This document shows positions 30,236-40,734 of a stretch of DNA of 64,000 nucleotides, in pieces. Positions within the stretch are counted from its first letter, which is position 1, and each line of letters opens with the position of its first letter. The position numbers were made by a program, and so were the translations under genes. Under the pieces are notes generated by a model that was not told the origin of the DNA, did not search any database, and saw only the letters and a program-made list of their open reading frames with translations. Source of the stretch: Dehalococcoidia bacterium (GTDB lineage: Bacteria > Chloroflexota > Dehalococcoidia > Lucifugimonadales > UBA3495); contig CAXXOI010000013.1 of the NCBI GenBank assembly GCA_963664175.2, positions 9,784 through 73,783 of the forward strand. Direction: 5' to 3'.

Positions 30236-33200
30236 CTATTGGTACCGTTCCTCGAACCCTTCTGCACCATTCACCAGGACTACCTCAAAGCCGCTCACGT
30301 CACTTCCTTCAAACATGGTGAAATAGTACAGGTCCATTTCCATAGCCTTTACCTGTAGATCCACTTCGACGGGTTCGTTGTTCTGATCTGTAGCGTCGCC
30401 GCTCCAGCGGACGAAGGTCTTGGTGAACACGAACCGGCCGGGGATATCGAGGGAAGTTTGCCATTCAGTAATATCTCTGTTGTCTGCCAGGTATTGAACC
30501 TCGGTTGGGTTTCCATCCCAGTCTTCGAAATAGTTCGATCGCATCAGGCCTTCGCAATTCCACATGCCGTTCGAGAACTCGCAACTCTCATAGACGTCAG
30601 CCAGGGACGCGTCACTGACCTGCCCGTTATCGTCGTAGTACATCTTGTACAGCAGCTGTTTCAGGTGGATGCTGTAGCCGGTGGTGCCTGAGTGGTCCTC
30701 GTCCCATTCGCTCCAGTCAATCGTGTAATCGCCGTTGTGTTCCACCCGGGTTACAGCGAACCTGGTTACGGCGCATGCGGCGATCGTGCCGTCATTTTCA
30801 TCACTCCGGCACTGGCCGGCCACTCCGTCGTCTGTGGCTGGATTAGGCCGAGGAGGATCCTGCTGAGGCGGGTCTTGCTGGGGTGGATCCTGCTGGGGAT
30901 CCCCTTTGATTATCCTCGCCACGTATGTGGTGGACCCATCCCCCATGTCGTCGCTGACTTTGATGGTGACAACGTTTTCACCCAACGTGAGGTCTACATG
31001 ATGACCGTTCTTGCCGGGCCTGCTATCGGGGGGAGAAATATCCACTGACACTCCCGAACTGGCAGTGGGAGTCGCCACGACCTTGATTCGTTTCTTTTGG
31101 GCCGGCACACTGAGGTCATATTCGAGAACGCTGCTGTTGAAGGTGTAATCAATGTTTCCAAGCCTCAGATGTGACAGTGTTGTGTCGGCTGGGGGCGATG
31201 CGACCGTGTCAGCGGTCATCCCTTCCGAGCTCTTGCCGGTGCCTTCATCATCCGTGTAATCCACCATGGCACGGAGATACATCCCCACATCCGCCGTCTC
31301 CGGCATATAGGTGTCCGAAGAGGATCCGCTTATTGTCTCCCAGTTTGTGGACCCGTCCTGGGACCTTTCCCAGTGCCAGCTCTCGTCAGAGACTCCGTCG
31401 TCAGGGTCAGTCAACGTCGCTGTAATGGTCATTCCCACTTCCGGCTCCGTAGGCGACAAGGAGACCGTGCCCGGCTCATCAACGTTTACCAGGTTGATGG
31501 TTACTGTTATGTCGTCATCATTAGCCGAATCAGACTGGTGTTCAGCACTGAGGTTGTCAGTGACTTGCAACACTAGCTCGATGGATTGGGCTGCCTCGTA
31601 ATCCAAGACGGCCCCGGAAGCCACTTCCAGCCTGCCGGTGTTGGGGTCAACAAAGAACTTGTCGGAGTCTGTCCCCGTCGCCAGCGAATAAGTCAAAGTA
31701 TCCATATCCGCGTCCGATGCCGTCACTGCAGCACCAACCCTTGTTTCCGCCGGGGCGTTCTCGATGACCGAACGGGCGGCAGTTTCCCCTTCGTCAAACT
31801 CCGGCGCTGCGTTGGCCGGGCGGAACACGGCGTTGTCGGCAGTACCGATGGCCTCCTTGCCCGTGCCTTCTCCATCGCTATAAGAGGCCTTCGTGCGGAG
31901 GTACTTGCCAACGTCATTTGCCGAAGGCGTGTAGCTGCCGGAGGTGGCTCCGGTTATGTCAGTCCATGACTCGCTCTCGGTGCTGTCTGCTGTCTGCCAC
32001 TGCCATGTCAGGTCTCTTACCACTCGATCTGGGTCATCGAGTCGCGCGGACAGTTCCACCCCGAACTCAGGAGTGTCTGAGGATAAGATTACAGTTCCGG
32101 GATCATCCGCATTGGAAATATTGATTCTCACAAGGTGCCCGGAGTCCCACTCCGTGTCGGCCGCTCCGTAAGGCCCTTTGCTGTCCCGCACCCACACATA
32201 GAGAAAGTATCTCCGTTGGCCTTCATAATCCAGCTCTGCGTCCGTCTTCACGAATGGCTGACCATCAGTTGTTACGTCGAATGCGCTAATAGATCCGGAT
32301 TTAAATCCGAATGTCAGGCTGTCGCCTTCGGGGTCGGTCGCCGGCAGCGGGGTCCCAACGTTGGTTCCCGGCTCCGTGTCTTCGCTTACGATTAGCAACT
32401 CGAGAGCGTCGTCATCAAATGTCGGGGGAAGATTCGTAGGAGGGGCCGCAAGCACCGTGTTGTCGGTTTCCACCTCAATTGTCTTCGTATTTTCGCTGTC
32501 GAATCCATCAATGTAAGTGGCCTTGAAACGCAGCGTGTTATCAGCATCATCAGCCACAGGTGTGTATTCGAATGTGGCGCTGCTCGTGTCGGAGTCTGAT
32601 ATTTCGGTCCAGGTCTCGGAGTCCGTGCTCCTCTCCACTACCCAGTTGATCTGATTGTCATCCGTGAGGTCTACACCGTCGGGGTCAGTGAGAGTGGCAA
32701 CCAGAGCTGTGTCAACCTGGGGATTGGCGCTGCTCAGAGTGAGTTGCCCAATTTCCTCCGCGTTGGTTACCTGGATCTCAAATTCAAACTCGTCGTCCCA
32801 CGAATTTCTCGTACTTCCATCCCTGCCTTTGCCGTCCCGAACTTGCGCGGTCAGCTCAAACGTATCTTGACCCTCGTAGTCCAGGGACTTCCCGGTAGCC
32901 AACGTGACGTTCCCCTCGGTTATCTGGAAAGGATTACCCCTAGCGGGCAACAACCGGTAGGTGAGGTCATCCTGGTCCAGATCTGTGACATTGAGGGAAA
33001 CCAGGGTGTCCCCCTCTTCAGCGTCTTCAGCTACGGAAACGACCATACCGTCGGCATCGGTGAATTCGGGGTCGGCGTTGTGATTCACGCGAATCGTCAC
33101 GTTGATGGCATCGTCAATTGCATCGTCAGAGCCGTCCAGTTTGTTCTTGCCGTCACTAACTGAAGCGGTGAAGACAAACTCATCGCCTCCGGAAAAGTCC

Positions 33201-34891
33201 GTAGTTCCTGCCTTTGTGCGAATCTCGCCAGTTCCTGAATCCACGGTGAAGGAATCGGCGTCATCACCGGAAATGGAGTAGGTCAGTGTGTCTCCGTCGG
33301 TGTTTGCCACGTCCGGCAGATCGCCGACATGGCTGTCGCCATCAAGAGTGTAGTGGATCCTGAAGGAAGCGGAAGCTTCGCCGAAGGTGGGTATGGCGTT
33401 GAATTTGCCATAGGCATACAGCATCTCGTCATAACCGTCGGACACCCAGAACCTCAGGCCATGACTCGTCAGACCACCCGGTGGGTCGTTGTTGTCCGGC
33501 ACTAGGCGAAATTCTTTTGGCTTGCTTCGATTTCCGTCGGAGAGCCTGTACGCGTAGACATGCTTGTCATACCGGTCCAGGACCCAGATGGTCTGACCAT
33601 TCGACCATATTCCCTTTGGATCGCCGTTGTCCGAATGCAGGTCAATATCCCGGTCAGACTTGCGAGACCTGTTCGGGAGGTCGTAAGCATAAAGCTTGTC
33701 GTCCCCGGTGTCTGAGACCCACATTACGTCCCCGTTCGACCAGATTCCCCTTGGGTCTGAGTTATCCGAATCCAGAGTGACTGACTTGTACGGCGCGAGC
33801 GTCCCTACCTGGTTTGCCTCCGGTTCCATCGCATATGCATACAGAAAATCGTTTCTGTTCGATTGCGTTGCATCCTCAATTGCCCAAACCGTCTCGCCGT
33901 CCGACCAGATCGATAGCGGCCGTGTGTTAAAGTCCCCTAGTTGCACATCCTTGCCACTTTTCCGAAGACCGCTGCTGACGTCGTAGGCAATCAGCAGGCC
34001 GTGGTCAGACCTTCCAGTATCCGCGACCCACATGGTGTTTCCGTCGGTCCAGATTCCACCGGGCGTATCGACTTCATCGGTGCCAATTTCCTCCGACAGG
34101 TGACGGAAGTCCTTGTAGTACATAGCGTAAATTCGATCGTCGTATGTATCGACCACCCACATGGTCTCGCCGTCAGACCAGATACCCCGGGGCTTCCCGT
34201 TACCGAGTGGAAGTCTTATTTCCAGACTCTCATGACGTAGGACATCTGAGTAGGAATCAGTCAGAGTTGTATATGCGTAAAGCCTGCGATCTTCGAGGTC
34301 GTTCACCCAGACGCTCGAACCCTCGCCCCATATGCCCCAGGGATCGTCATTGCTTCCGGTCAGATTAAACTCCTCCGAACTCTGACGCGCACCGTCGGCA
34401 GTGCTGTAGGCATAGACATAGGTGTCGTCCTTGTCGACCACGTAGATGACTCCATCCTTCCCCCAAATGCCCCTGGGTCCATCGTTGCTTCCCGTCAGGT
34501 TTATGTCACGATCCCCTTCACGGTTGCCGTTACTGAGCTTGTATGCGTAAAGGTAGGTATCGTCCCAGTCCGCAACCCACATGATGGTGCCGTCTGACCA
34601 GATTCCCTGAGGCTTGCTGTTGCCGGCGCCTAGGTCGATATCCTTATTGGGTTTCCGGAATCCATCCGTCAGGTTGTAGGCCATAATCACGTCATGACCG
34701 TTGGTAACAACCCACAGCGTCGACCCGTCGGACCAGACCCCCCTCCAATCGTCATACAGGTTGAAGAGTTCGATGTCCCTGTCGGGGTTCTGCACCGCCG
34801 CATTCGAGGTTTCCTGGGTAAATACGAAGGAGATAATGGCGATCATTGCTGCTATAAAAACAGACAGTCGCGCAAACCGAACTATGCTCAT
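30236..34891 (-). CDS. 1551-aa secreted repeat protein (propeller-like GIWSDG repeats, cadherin-like domains, W-x-W modules, cadherin-like beta-sandwich, PQQD linker)
   Basis: Signal-like MSIVRFARLSVFIAAMIAIISFVFT. About 10 repeats of ~46 aa (GIWSDGxTMWVxD...LYAY). DGDTLTYSISGDDADSFTVDSGTGEI cadherin-type units. GDPQQDPPQQDPPQQDPP near the C-terminus. Confidence 0.85.
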   Translation of the reverse strand: MSIVRFARLSVFIAAMIAIISFVFTQETSNAAVQNPDRDIELFNLYDDWRGVWSDGSTLWVVTNGHDVIMAYNLTDGFRKPNKDIDLGAGNSKPQGIWSDGTIMWVADWDDTYLYAYKLSNGNREGDRDINLTGSNDGPRGIWGKDGVIYVVDKDDTYVYAYSTADGARQSSEEFNLTGSNDDPWGIWGEGSSVWVNDLEDRRLYAYTTLTDSYSDVLRHESLEIRLPLGNGKPRGIWSDGETMWVVDTYDDRIYAMYYKDFRHLSEEIGTDEVDTPGGIWTDGNTMWVADTGRSDHGLLIAYDVSSGLRKSGKDVQLGDFNTRPLSIWSDGETVWAIEDATQSNRNDFLYAYAMEPEANQVGTLAPYKSVTLDSDNSDPRGIWSNGDVMWVSDTGDDKLYAYDLPNRSRKSDRDIDLHSDNGDPKGIWSNGQTIWVLDRYDKHVYAYRLSDGNRSKPKEFRLVPDNNDPPGGLTSHGLRFWVSDGYDEMLYAYGKFNAIPTFGEASASFRIHYTLDGDSHVGDLPDVANTDGDTLTYSISGDDADSFTVDSGTGEIRTKAGTTDFSGGDEFVFTASVSDGKNKLDGSDDAIDDAINVTIRVNHNADPEFTDADGMVVSVAEDAEEGDTLVSLNVTDLDQDDLTYRLLPARGNPFQITEGNVTLATGKSLDYEGQDTFELTAQVRDGKGRDGSTRNSWDDEFEFEIQVTNAEEIGQLTLSSANPQVDTALVATLTDPDGVDLTDDNQINWVVERSTDSETWTEISDSDTSSATFEYTPVADDADNTLRFKATYIDGFDSENTKTIEVETDNTVLAAPPTNLPPTFDDDALELLIVSEDTEPGTNVGTPLPATDPEGDSLTFGFKSGSISAFDVTTDGQPFVKTDAELDYEGQRRYFLYVWVRDSKGPYGAADTEWDSGHLVRINISNADDPGTVILSSDTPEFGVELSARLDDPDRVVRDLTWQWQTADSTESESWTDITGATSGSYTPSANDVGKYLRTKASYSDGEGTGKEAIGTADNAVFRPANAAPEFDEGETAARSVIENAPAETRVGAAVTASDADMDTLTYSLATGTDSDKFFVDPNTGRLEVASGAVLDYEAAQSIELVLQVTDNLSAEHQSDSANDDDITVTINLVNVDEPGTVSLSPTEPEVGMTITATLTDPDDGVSDESWHWERSQDGSTNWETISGSSSDTYMPETADVGMYLRAMVDYTDDEGTGKSSEGMTADTVASPPADTTLSHLRLGNIDYTFNSSVLEYDLSVPAQKKRIKVVATPTASSGVSVDISPPDSRPGKNGHHVDLTLGENVVTIKVSDDMGDGSTTYVARIIKGDPQQDPPQQDPPQQDPPRPNPATDDGVAGQCRSDENDGTIAACAVTRFAVTRVEHNGDYTIDWSEWDEDHSGTTGYSIHLKQLLYKMYYDDNGQVSDASLADVYESCEFSNGMWNCEGLMRSNYFEDWDGNPTEVQYLADNRDITEWQTSLDIPGRFVFTKTFVRWSGDATDQNNEPVEVDLQVKAMEMDLYYFTMFEGSDVSGFEVVLVNGAEGFEERYQ

Positions 34892-36076
34892 CTCTTCAGC
34901 ATCCTTGACTTGAGACTTTGATCTGTTGAATCCAAAGCGAATAGTTGGATTACCATGCGGTTGCTTTCAGTGCCTCCTCATCTCACTTTGGCGCCAGGCG
35001 ACGGTGCTCGATCTCGAACGCAGAGCCAGGCTTCGATCGACTGGAGCGAGTAGAACGCCTGGTGAACTCCATTCTTTGCGACTGACGCAGAGTCGATTGC
35101 GGACGAAAAAAAGCTGACTTAACGAAAGATTCGCCAGCGAAAGGAGGTTTTTCCGCAATCTCTGCTGCTGTAGTCTGTTGAGATTGGCCGGTTCAAAAGC
35201 GGAATTTAACGGTGTCAATGCTCTGCCTCTTTCAGATTGCCTACTTCGAAACTAGCCTTTTGTTGTGTTATTGGTGTGTAATTAATCGAAAATTTTGTGT
35301 GTATAACGTAAGGTCTTTTACATATTCGTGAGTTATTTGTGGAGTTCAAATAGCGAGCTAGTGGCAGCACTCAGCTCACGATGGACCTGGAAACGACGCT
35401 CGCATGCCCGCGATAACTCGGAGGCGAGGGTCTAGTTACCCAAGAGGCGCGGAATCAAAAGAGTCAATTTCCCAAAGAAAAAGCGAGCACATTTGTGCTC
35501 GCCTTCAGTTCGCGCGATATGTTGAGAGCTACTCTGCTAGCGCCGCAGAACCTGACTTACATTAAAGTCCGGAAACTGTAGTGGACTGCCCGCGTCGGCA
35601 GCAGAGGCCAAGCGAGTTTAACCGGCAGTTTGGCACCGCCACTATTGTCACCCTTCGAATGAAGACGTTCCGTCCCGAAGCGCAACGGGCATTTATCACC
35701 TATGTTTTGAAGCCCAGCGCCTAGGGACTCTTTTGTCCTTGCAAGCCCGCTTGCGCCCTGGACTCAGCTTTGTGCCCCGAAATCACACTGACCCCAAAGA
35801 AGGCCAAGACGGTACCGGTCAAGCCTTCATTGGACAAACAACATCGGGGCGGCGACCAATCGCAGCGCGCTATCTTGCCCTGACCAGCAACAACTCCTCT
35901 TGGCCAGAAGCATCTCCGCCGTCCTCTTCGCTATCGCGGTGCACTCGGAAAACCTGTCCAGATCAGTGGCCCAAGCTCCTTTGGGCCGTGGACCGAAAAA
36001 TAGCGCAGGAGTGTTGAGATTCCTGCCCATTGCGGGCAACGAATCGAGATTCGCCTCTCACCAACGAAGACTCTCG

Positions 36077-36781
36077 TTAACGGCTGCCCACCCAGAGGTC
36101 ATTGGACTTCTTGTCGAATTTTCCGTTACCCGCTAGGTCATCGAGCCACACCCAGGTCTTGTTCAGCCAGCGCCAGCGGAAGTTCCTGATGAAGAAGCTT
36201 GGAATGGCATAGAACTTGCTCGGCGGCTTGGTCCAGGCGCAACGGCGGACGCAGGTGCTGCAGGTGTTACCGACACGGTTCTGGAAGGTCATGCACTTCT
36301 TCGCATCCACCTTCCACGACAAGACCCCGGTCGAATTGCTTTCGTCCAATGGCTCGAGACTTCGCCCTCCGGTCGTGATGGCCTTGGTGCCACACTTCGG
36401 GACGCAATTCAGGCACGCATTGCAGAACTCGGTGATACCCGAGTCCACGGCCCCAGCAAGCTCCTGAGGAAGGTCAGTGAAAATCTTGGAAATACGGCAG
36501 CACGCCCCCACCTTGGGATTGATCAAGAGGTCGTGTCTGCCCGCCTGCCCCAGGCCCGCGTCGACAGCCAGTGGGATGCTGAGCGCGGTATCGTTGGCCG
36601 CCGGATTCGCGTTGTATCCCAGCCTTCGAATGAACTCCGCCACCATCCACAGCGATGGCGCCATTCCTACCATCTTTTCTGGGGGTTTTGTAAACCGCTG
36701 AATGAACTTCACCCTGTTCCGAGGAGGTGACGCAAGGCTGGAGGATGGACCTCCGGGGCGGTCCACTTTGGAAAATCGCAC
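36077..36781 (-). pseudogene. Reductive dehalogenase (RdhA)-like C-terminal half only
   Basis: AGLGQAGRHDLLINPKVG, FCNACLNCVPKCGTKAI (Cx2Cx2Cx3C) and C-x10-CSTCVRRC (second Fe-S motif). No TAT leader or N-terminal half. The ORF abuts the next gene. Confidence 0.6.
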
Positions 36782-36837
36782 ATTAGCGCAATCAGAAGGT
36801 GGCGCCTACCAGCACTCACTCATATCCGGCCTTTCAG

Positions 36838-38457
36838 TCACTTGTCGCAGTTCAGGTTATATTCGTTGTTTTCAACTTGCTCGAGGGAGCGGAATAACAC
36901 GCAGACTGGAATTCGGGGAGGGACTCTCCCGAGAATATCATTCCCGTTGTAGTAGTAGGCGACCCCGTCCGCTTCGACAGACCCGGCACGGTATTTTGGA
37001 GGGCTTTCGGTCTTGAACTGCTCGGCCTTGAGGCCCACTGCCCGTGCCGCCCCGGTGACCGCCGCGCTGGACGATGGGCTGCCCGCCTCGCCGACGTACA
37101 GTATCCAGCCCAGTTCGGGTGCGTAGGGAGTGGTTGTATATGGTCTGAACAATTCGACTATCTCATCATTGCCTCCGGTGTCGTGAATTAAGTTCTTGCG
37201 CATAAAGTCATAGATCCGCTCCACGGCCTGACGCTCAGAGTCCACGTTGCCCACCATGCTGAAAGCAAGGGTCGGGTAGGACTGGAGCGTCCTGTCCGGC
37301 AACCTGATCTGGGACATGAATGAGATGTTTTCGTATGCGAAAGAAGCGACGCCAATCACCGAAGGGATCTTGTCCAGCCTCCTCTTGTAGAGCAGTTCCA
37401 TGTCCTCGGCGTCGTTGTCCCTGAAACTCCTGACGAGAATCCTCTCTCCGTCGGCCTTGGCGTAGTAGGCAAATGTTTTCAGCAACTCCCGATGGACGTG
37501 ACCCTGCTCCAGGATGACGCCGTAGTTTTCAGCCAGCCCATCGTAGGTGTCGTATCCCGTTTTCCCGTAGCAGTGGACGCACAGCCCTGGGTAGACGTTC
37601 ACCCCGTCCAGGACGCGGTCCAAACTGTCCACCTTCCAACTGATGACGTGGTGCCCACTGGAACGCTTCCCAATGTCTATCCCCATCATCATCAGGACCA
37701 GGGCCTGTGCTGATGCCACCTGGAGTTCATCTCCCGATAGCGGGTTTTTCGGGGTGAACCCGCTTTCGGGGTAACCCTGGCCAGGGACTGTTACCGGCCA
37801 GTTGTCCGGCCCCCACTTGCTGGTCAGGAAGGCCGGGTTGCTGAACAACCGAGTGTCGGCCCAGTCCAGGATGTCCCGCTCCTCAGCGTTCAGGCCGTCG
37901 CTGACAAAGTCGTACTCGGACGGAAGGTTCGATGCCGCCTTGGCCAGCAGCGGCGAGTAGCCGGCCAGCTCCGGGTTCACCGAGGGCGTAGGCGTCGGGC
38001 TGGGAGCAGGGGTCAACGTAGGCGTTGGCACCGGCGTGACTGTAGCGGTGGGCGCTGGAGTAGGCATAACCATGGGAATTGGCGTCGCGGATGGAGCGGG
38101 CGTCGGGTTCGGCATAGCCGTTGGCGGGGTTGTGGTGAGCGTCGGAGGAGCCGTGGGCGAAGGGGCCGGAGTCAGTGTCGCCGCCGGCGTTGGGGTTGCT
38201 GACGATTCCGGCGTCGGTGTCGGTTCGACCGTGGGCGACGGAACGGCTGAGGCAGTAGGCGAGGCCACGGCTGACAGTGTCGGCGACGGCGCGGCTGCAG
38301 TATTGGGTGTTTCGGTAGGCCCTGAGGTCGCCTCCTGGGCAGCGGTCGACAAAGCGGCCTCGGTTCCCGCCGCAGGCACCGGAGTGTTGTCATCTGCCCC
38401 GCAGGCAAGAGAGAACATGATGGCCAGAACGACGATCAGCAGGGGAACCAGTCGCAT
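36838..38457 (-). CDS. Lipoprotein with Pro/Thr/Ala-rich linker and ~380-aa domain of unknown function (paralog A)
   Basis: MRLVPLLIVVLAIMFSLACG lipobox and a long PT-rich linker. The C-terminal domain is collinear with 38645..40303 (for example WGPDNWPV, VYPGLCVHCYGKTGYDT, IHDTGGNDEIV, ...NLNCDK). Confidence 0.8.
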   Translation of the reverse strand: MRLVPLLIVVLAIMFSLACGADDNTPVPAAGTEAALSTAAQEATSGPTETPNTAAAPSPTLSAVASPTASAVPSPTVEPTPTPESSATPTPAATLTPAPSPTAPPTLTTTPPTAMPNPTPAPSATPIPMVMPTPAPTATVTPVPTPTLTPAPSPTPTPSVNPELAGYSPLLAKAASNLPSEYDFVSDGLNAEERDILDWADTRLFSNPAFLTSKWGPDNWPVTVPGQGYPESGFTPKNPLSGDELQVASAQALVLMMMGIDIGKRSSGHHVISWKVDSLDRVLDGVNVYPGLCVHCYGKTGYDTYDGLAENYGVILEQGHVHRELLKTFAYYAKADGERILVRSFRDNDAEDMELLYKRRLDKIPSVIGVASFAYENISFMSQIRLPDRTLQSYPTLAFSMVGNVDSERQAVERIYDFMRKNLIHDTGGNDEIVELFRPYTTTPYAPELGWILYVGEAGSPSSSAAVTGAARAVGLKAEQFKTESPPKYRAGSVEADGVAYYYNGNDILGRVPPRIPVCVLFRSLEQVENNEYNLNCDK

Positions 38458-38644
38458 ACATCCCTCCCGAGGTCGTTCCGAATCTAGTCGTCGGCCAAAG
38501 GACTGTCAACCTGACGGGACATCAAGCCGTTCCCTTGGCCAATACCCGGCAGCTCCTGGTGGCGACTACAGCTTTGATTTTCCAAAATCGACGATAAGCG
38601 CAATCAGGGGTAGCGTCTAATGACCTCGCTATTCTCGTGGGTCA

Positions 38645-40303
38645 TCACTTGTCGCAGTCCAGATCGTATTTTTGGTCCTCTATCCATTCCAGGTTGTCTC
38701 TTCCCGACATGTAAACGCAGAGCGGTGCGGTCAGGGAATCAGACCCCAAGAAATCGTTTCCGTCGTAGTAATAGATTGTTCCGTCCGCTTTCACGGAACC
38801 GGCATTAAGGTTCTTTCTCTGGCTCTTGAACTGCTCCGCCTTGAGGCCGATAGAACGAAACGCCCCCGTGATAACACCGCTGGACGACGGGCTGCCGGCC
38901 TCGCCCACGTACAGTATCCAGCCCAGTTCGGGTGCGTAGGGAGTGGTTGTATATGGTCTGAACAATTTGACTATCTCATCATTGCCTCCGGTGTCGTGAA
39001 TTAGGTTCTTGCGCATGTAGTCGAAGATCCGCTCCACGGCCTGACGCTCAGAGTCCACGTTGCCGACCATGCTGAAAGCAAGGGTCGGGTAGGACTGGAG
39101 CGTCCCGTCCGGCAACCTGATCTGGGACATGAACGATATGTTCTCGTAGTTGAACGAGCCTACCCCTATGGGAGAATTCCAACGTCCTCGTTTGTGAAGC
39201 AACTCCATGTCGTCGGCACTGTTGTCCATTAAGCTCCTGACTAGAATCCCCTTTCCGTCGGCCTTGGCGTAGTAGGCAAAGGCCTTCAGCATTTCCCGGT
39301 GCCCGTGTCCGACCTCCCAAATGAGCGGGCCGTAGTTGTCCCTCACTCCCTCACGGGTGTCGTACCCCGTTTTCCCGTAGCAGTGGACGCACAGTCCTGG
39401 GTAGACGTTCACCCCGTCGAGGACGCGGTCCAAACCGTCCACCTGCCAACTGACGACGTGGCGCCCATTGGAACGCCTATCGATGTCTATTGCCATCATC
39501 ATCAGGACCGTGGCCTGTACGGAAGCCACCTGGAGTTCCGCTCCCGATAGCGGGTCTTTCGGGGTGAACCTGCTTTCGGGGTAACCCTGGCCAGGAACTG
39601 CCACAGGCCAGTTGTCCGGCCCCCACTTGCTGGCCAGGAAGGCCGGGTTGCTTAACAACCGAGTGTCGGCCCAGTCCAGGATGTCCCGCTCCTCGGCGCT
39701 CAGGCCGTCGCTGACGAAGTCGTACTCGGGCGGAAGGTTCGATGCTGCCTTGGTCAGCAGCGGCGAGTAGCCGGCCAGCGCCGGGTTCATCGAGGGCGTA
39801 GGCTGCGGGCTGGGCGTGGCTGTTGGCGACGGCGTTGCGGTCGGTGCCGGGGTTGCGGTCGGAACAGGAGTGGGCGTCGGTGTCGGAGCGGGTGTCAGGG
39901 TAGGTGCGGCGGATGGCCCCGGCGTGGGTGTTGGCGTTGGTGACGGTGCCGGTGCCGGAGTCGCGGTCGGCGTCGGCGTCGGGGTCGGCGTGGGCGTTGC
40001 CGCTGGCTCAGGCGTGTTTGTCTCCTGCGGGGATTGCACCTGCGCCGGTGTCGCTTCCAGCGTGGGTGTGCTAGCTGGCGGCGCTGGTGTCGCGGCAATG
40101 CTGGCGGGGGTCGGCAGCTCCGTGGGCTCGGACGTCTCAGACGGAATGACGGTGGTCATCGCTGTGGCCGGGACAGCGGTGGCCACTACCGAAGAGGTCC
40201 CCTCGCCACCGCAGGCTGCAAAGGATATCATCGCCGCCAAGCACATCAGCGGCGGGACTGCTGCTCTCACCGTTCTGCTCAGCCTGCCCCATAACGCTTC
40301 CAT
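38645..40303 (-). CDS. Lipoprotein, paralog B of 36838..38457
   Basis: Likely start ATG at 40303 (MEALWGRLSRTVRAAVPPLMCLAAMISFAACGG). Same domain order and many identical blocks as paralog A. Confidence 0.8.
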   Translation of the reverse strand: MEALWGRLSRTVRAAVPPLMCLAAMISFAACGGEGTSSVVATAVPATAMTTVIPSETSEPTELPTPASIAATPAPPASTPTLEATPAQVQSPQETNTPEPAATPTPTPTPTPTATPAPAPSPTPTPTPGPSAAPTLTPAPTPTPTPVPTATPAPTATPSPTATPSPQPTPSMNPALAGYSPLLTKAASNLPPEYDFVSDGLSAEERDILDWADTRLLSNPAFLASKWGPDNWPVAVPGQGYPESRFTPKDPLSGAELQVASVQATVLMMMAIDIDRRSNGRHVVSWQVDGLDRVLDGVNVYPGLCVHCYGKTGYDTREGVRDNYGPLIWEVGHGHREMLKAFAYYAKADGKGILVRSLMDNSADDMELLHKRGRWNSPIGVGSFNYENISFMSQIRLPDGTLQSYPTLAFSMVGNVDSERQAVERIFDYMRKNLIHDTGGNDEIVKLFRPYTTTPYAPELGWILYVGEAGSPSSSGVITGAFRSIGLKAEQFKSQRKNLNAGSVKADGTIYYYDGNDFLGSDSLTAPLCVYMSGRDNLEWIEDQKYDLDCDK

Positions 40304-40734
40304 TGCACCATTCTCCACGCCCGGACCGGTGGCGTCTATAACCCCGTCCGGTCTGCCAGTCTGGCGTCCGGTTCGTCTCCGACAGCGCCTTCGGCCAGTT
40401 GTGCGCCGTCGAAGTGCCAATGGCAAAAACAACCGCACGGAGGAAAGGGCCGAAACCACAATCCAGCGGACGAGGGTAATTGACCTTCAAAGCCAACGCT
40501 GTTGCCTCGGCCGTGAACGGCGGGCATTCGTGGTTTCCTCTTTCCCCGGATTACGTCCACCCAACGGAACGGGCATTTAGCGAAGCGCAAAATCAGCGTC
40601 TAGGGCTCTCTCCTGTTAGATGGTCAATGCCGTCATAGGGTTGACTGTCTGTCATCTCCCCTGCTAGTGTCACACATGAATTACCCCCCGTCCGCTGGAT
40701 TGGCTCAAGCCCATCCCCCCGGGCGGGTGTTTTT

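Noticed and set aside
37980-38330. Highly repetitive GC-rich stretches (also 39790-40150 and 30845-30900) as possible CRISPR, minisatellite or non-coding repeats
   Set aside because: They are in frame within long ORFs and encode Pro/Thr/Ala-rich (or PQQD) linkers between a signal peptide and a globular domain. There is no repeat-spacer periodicity.
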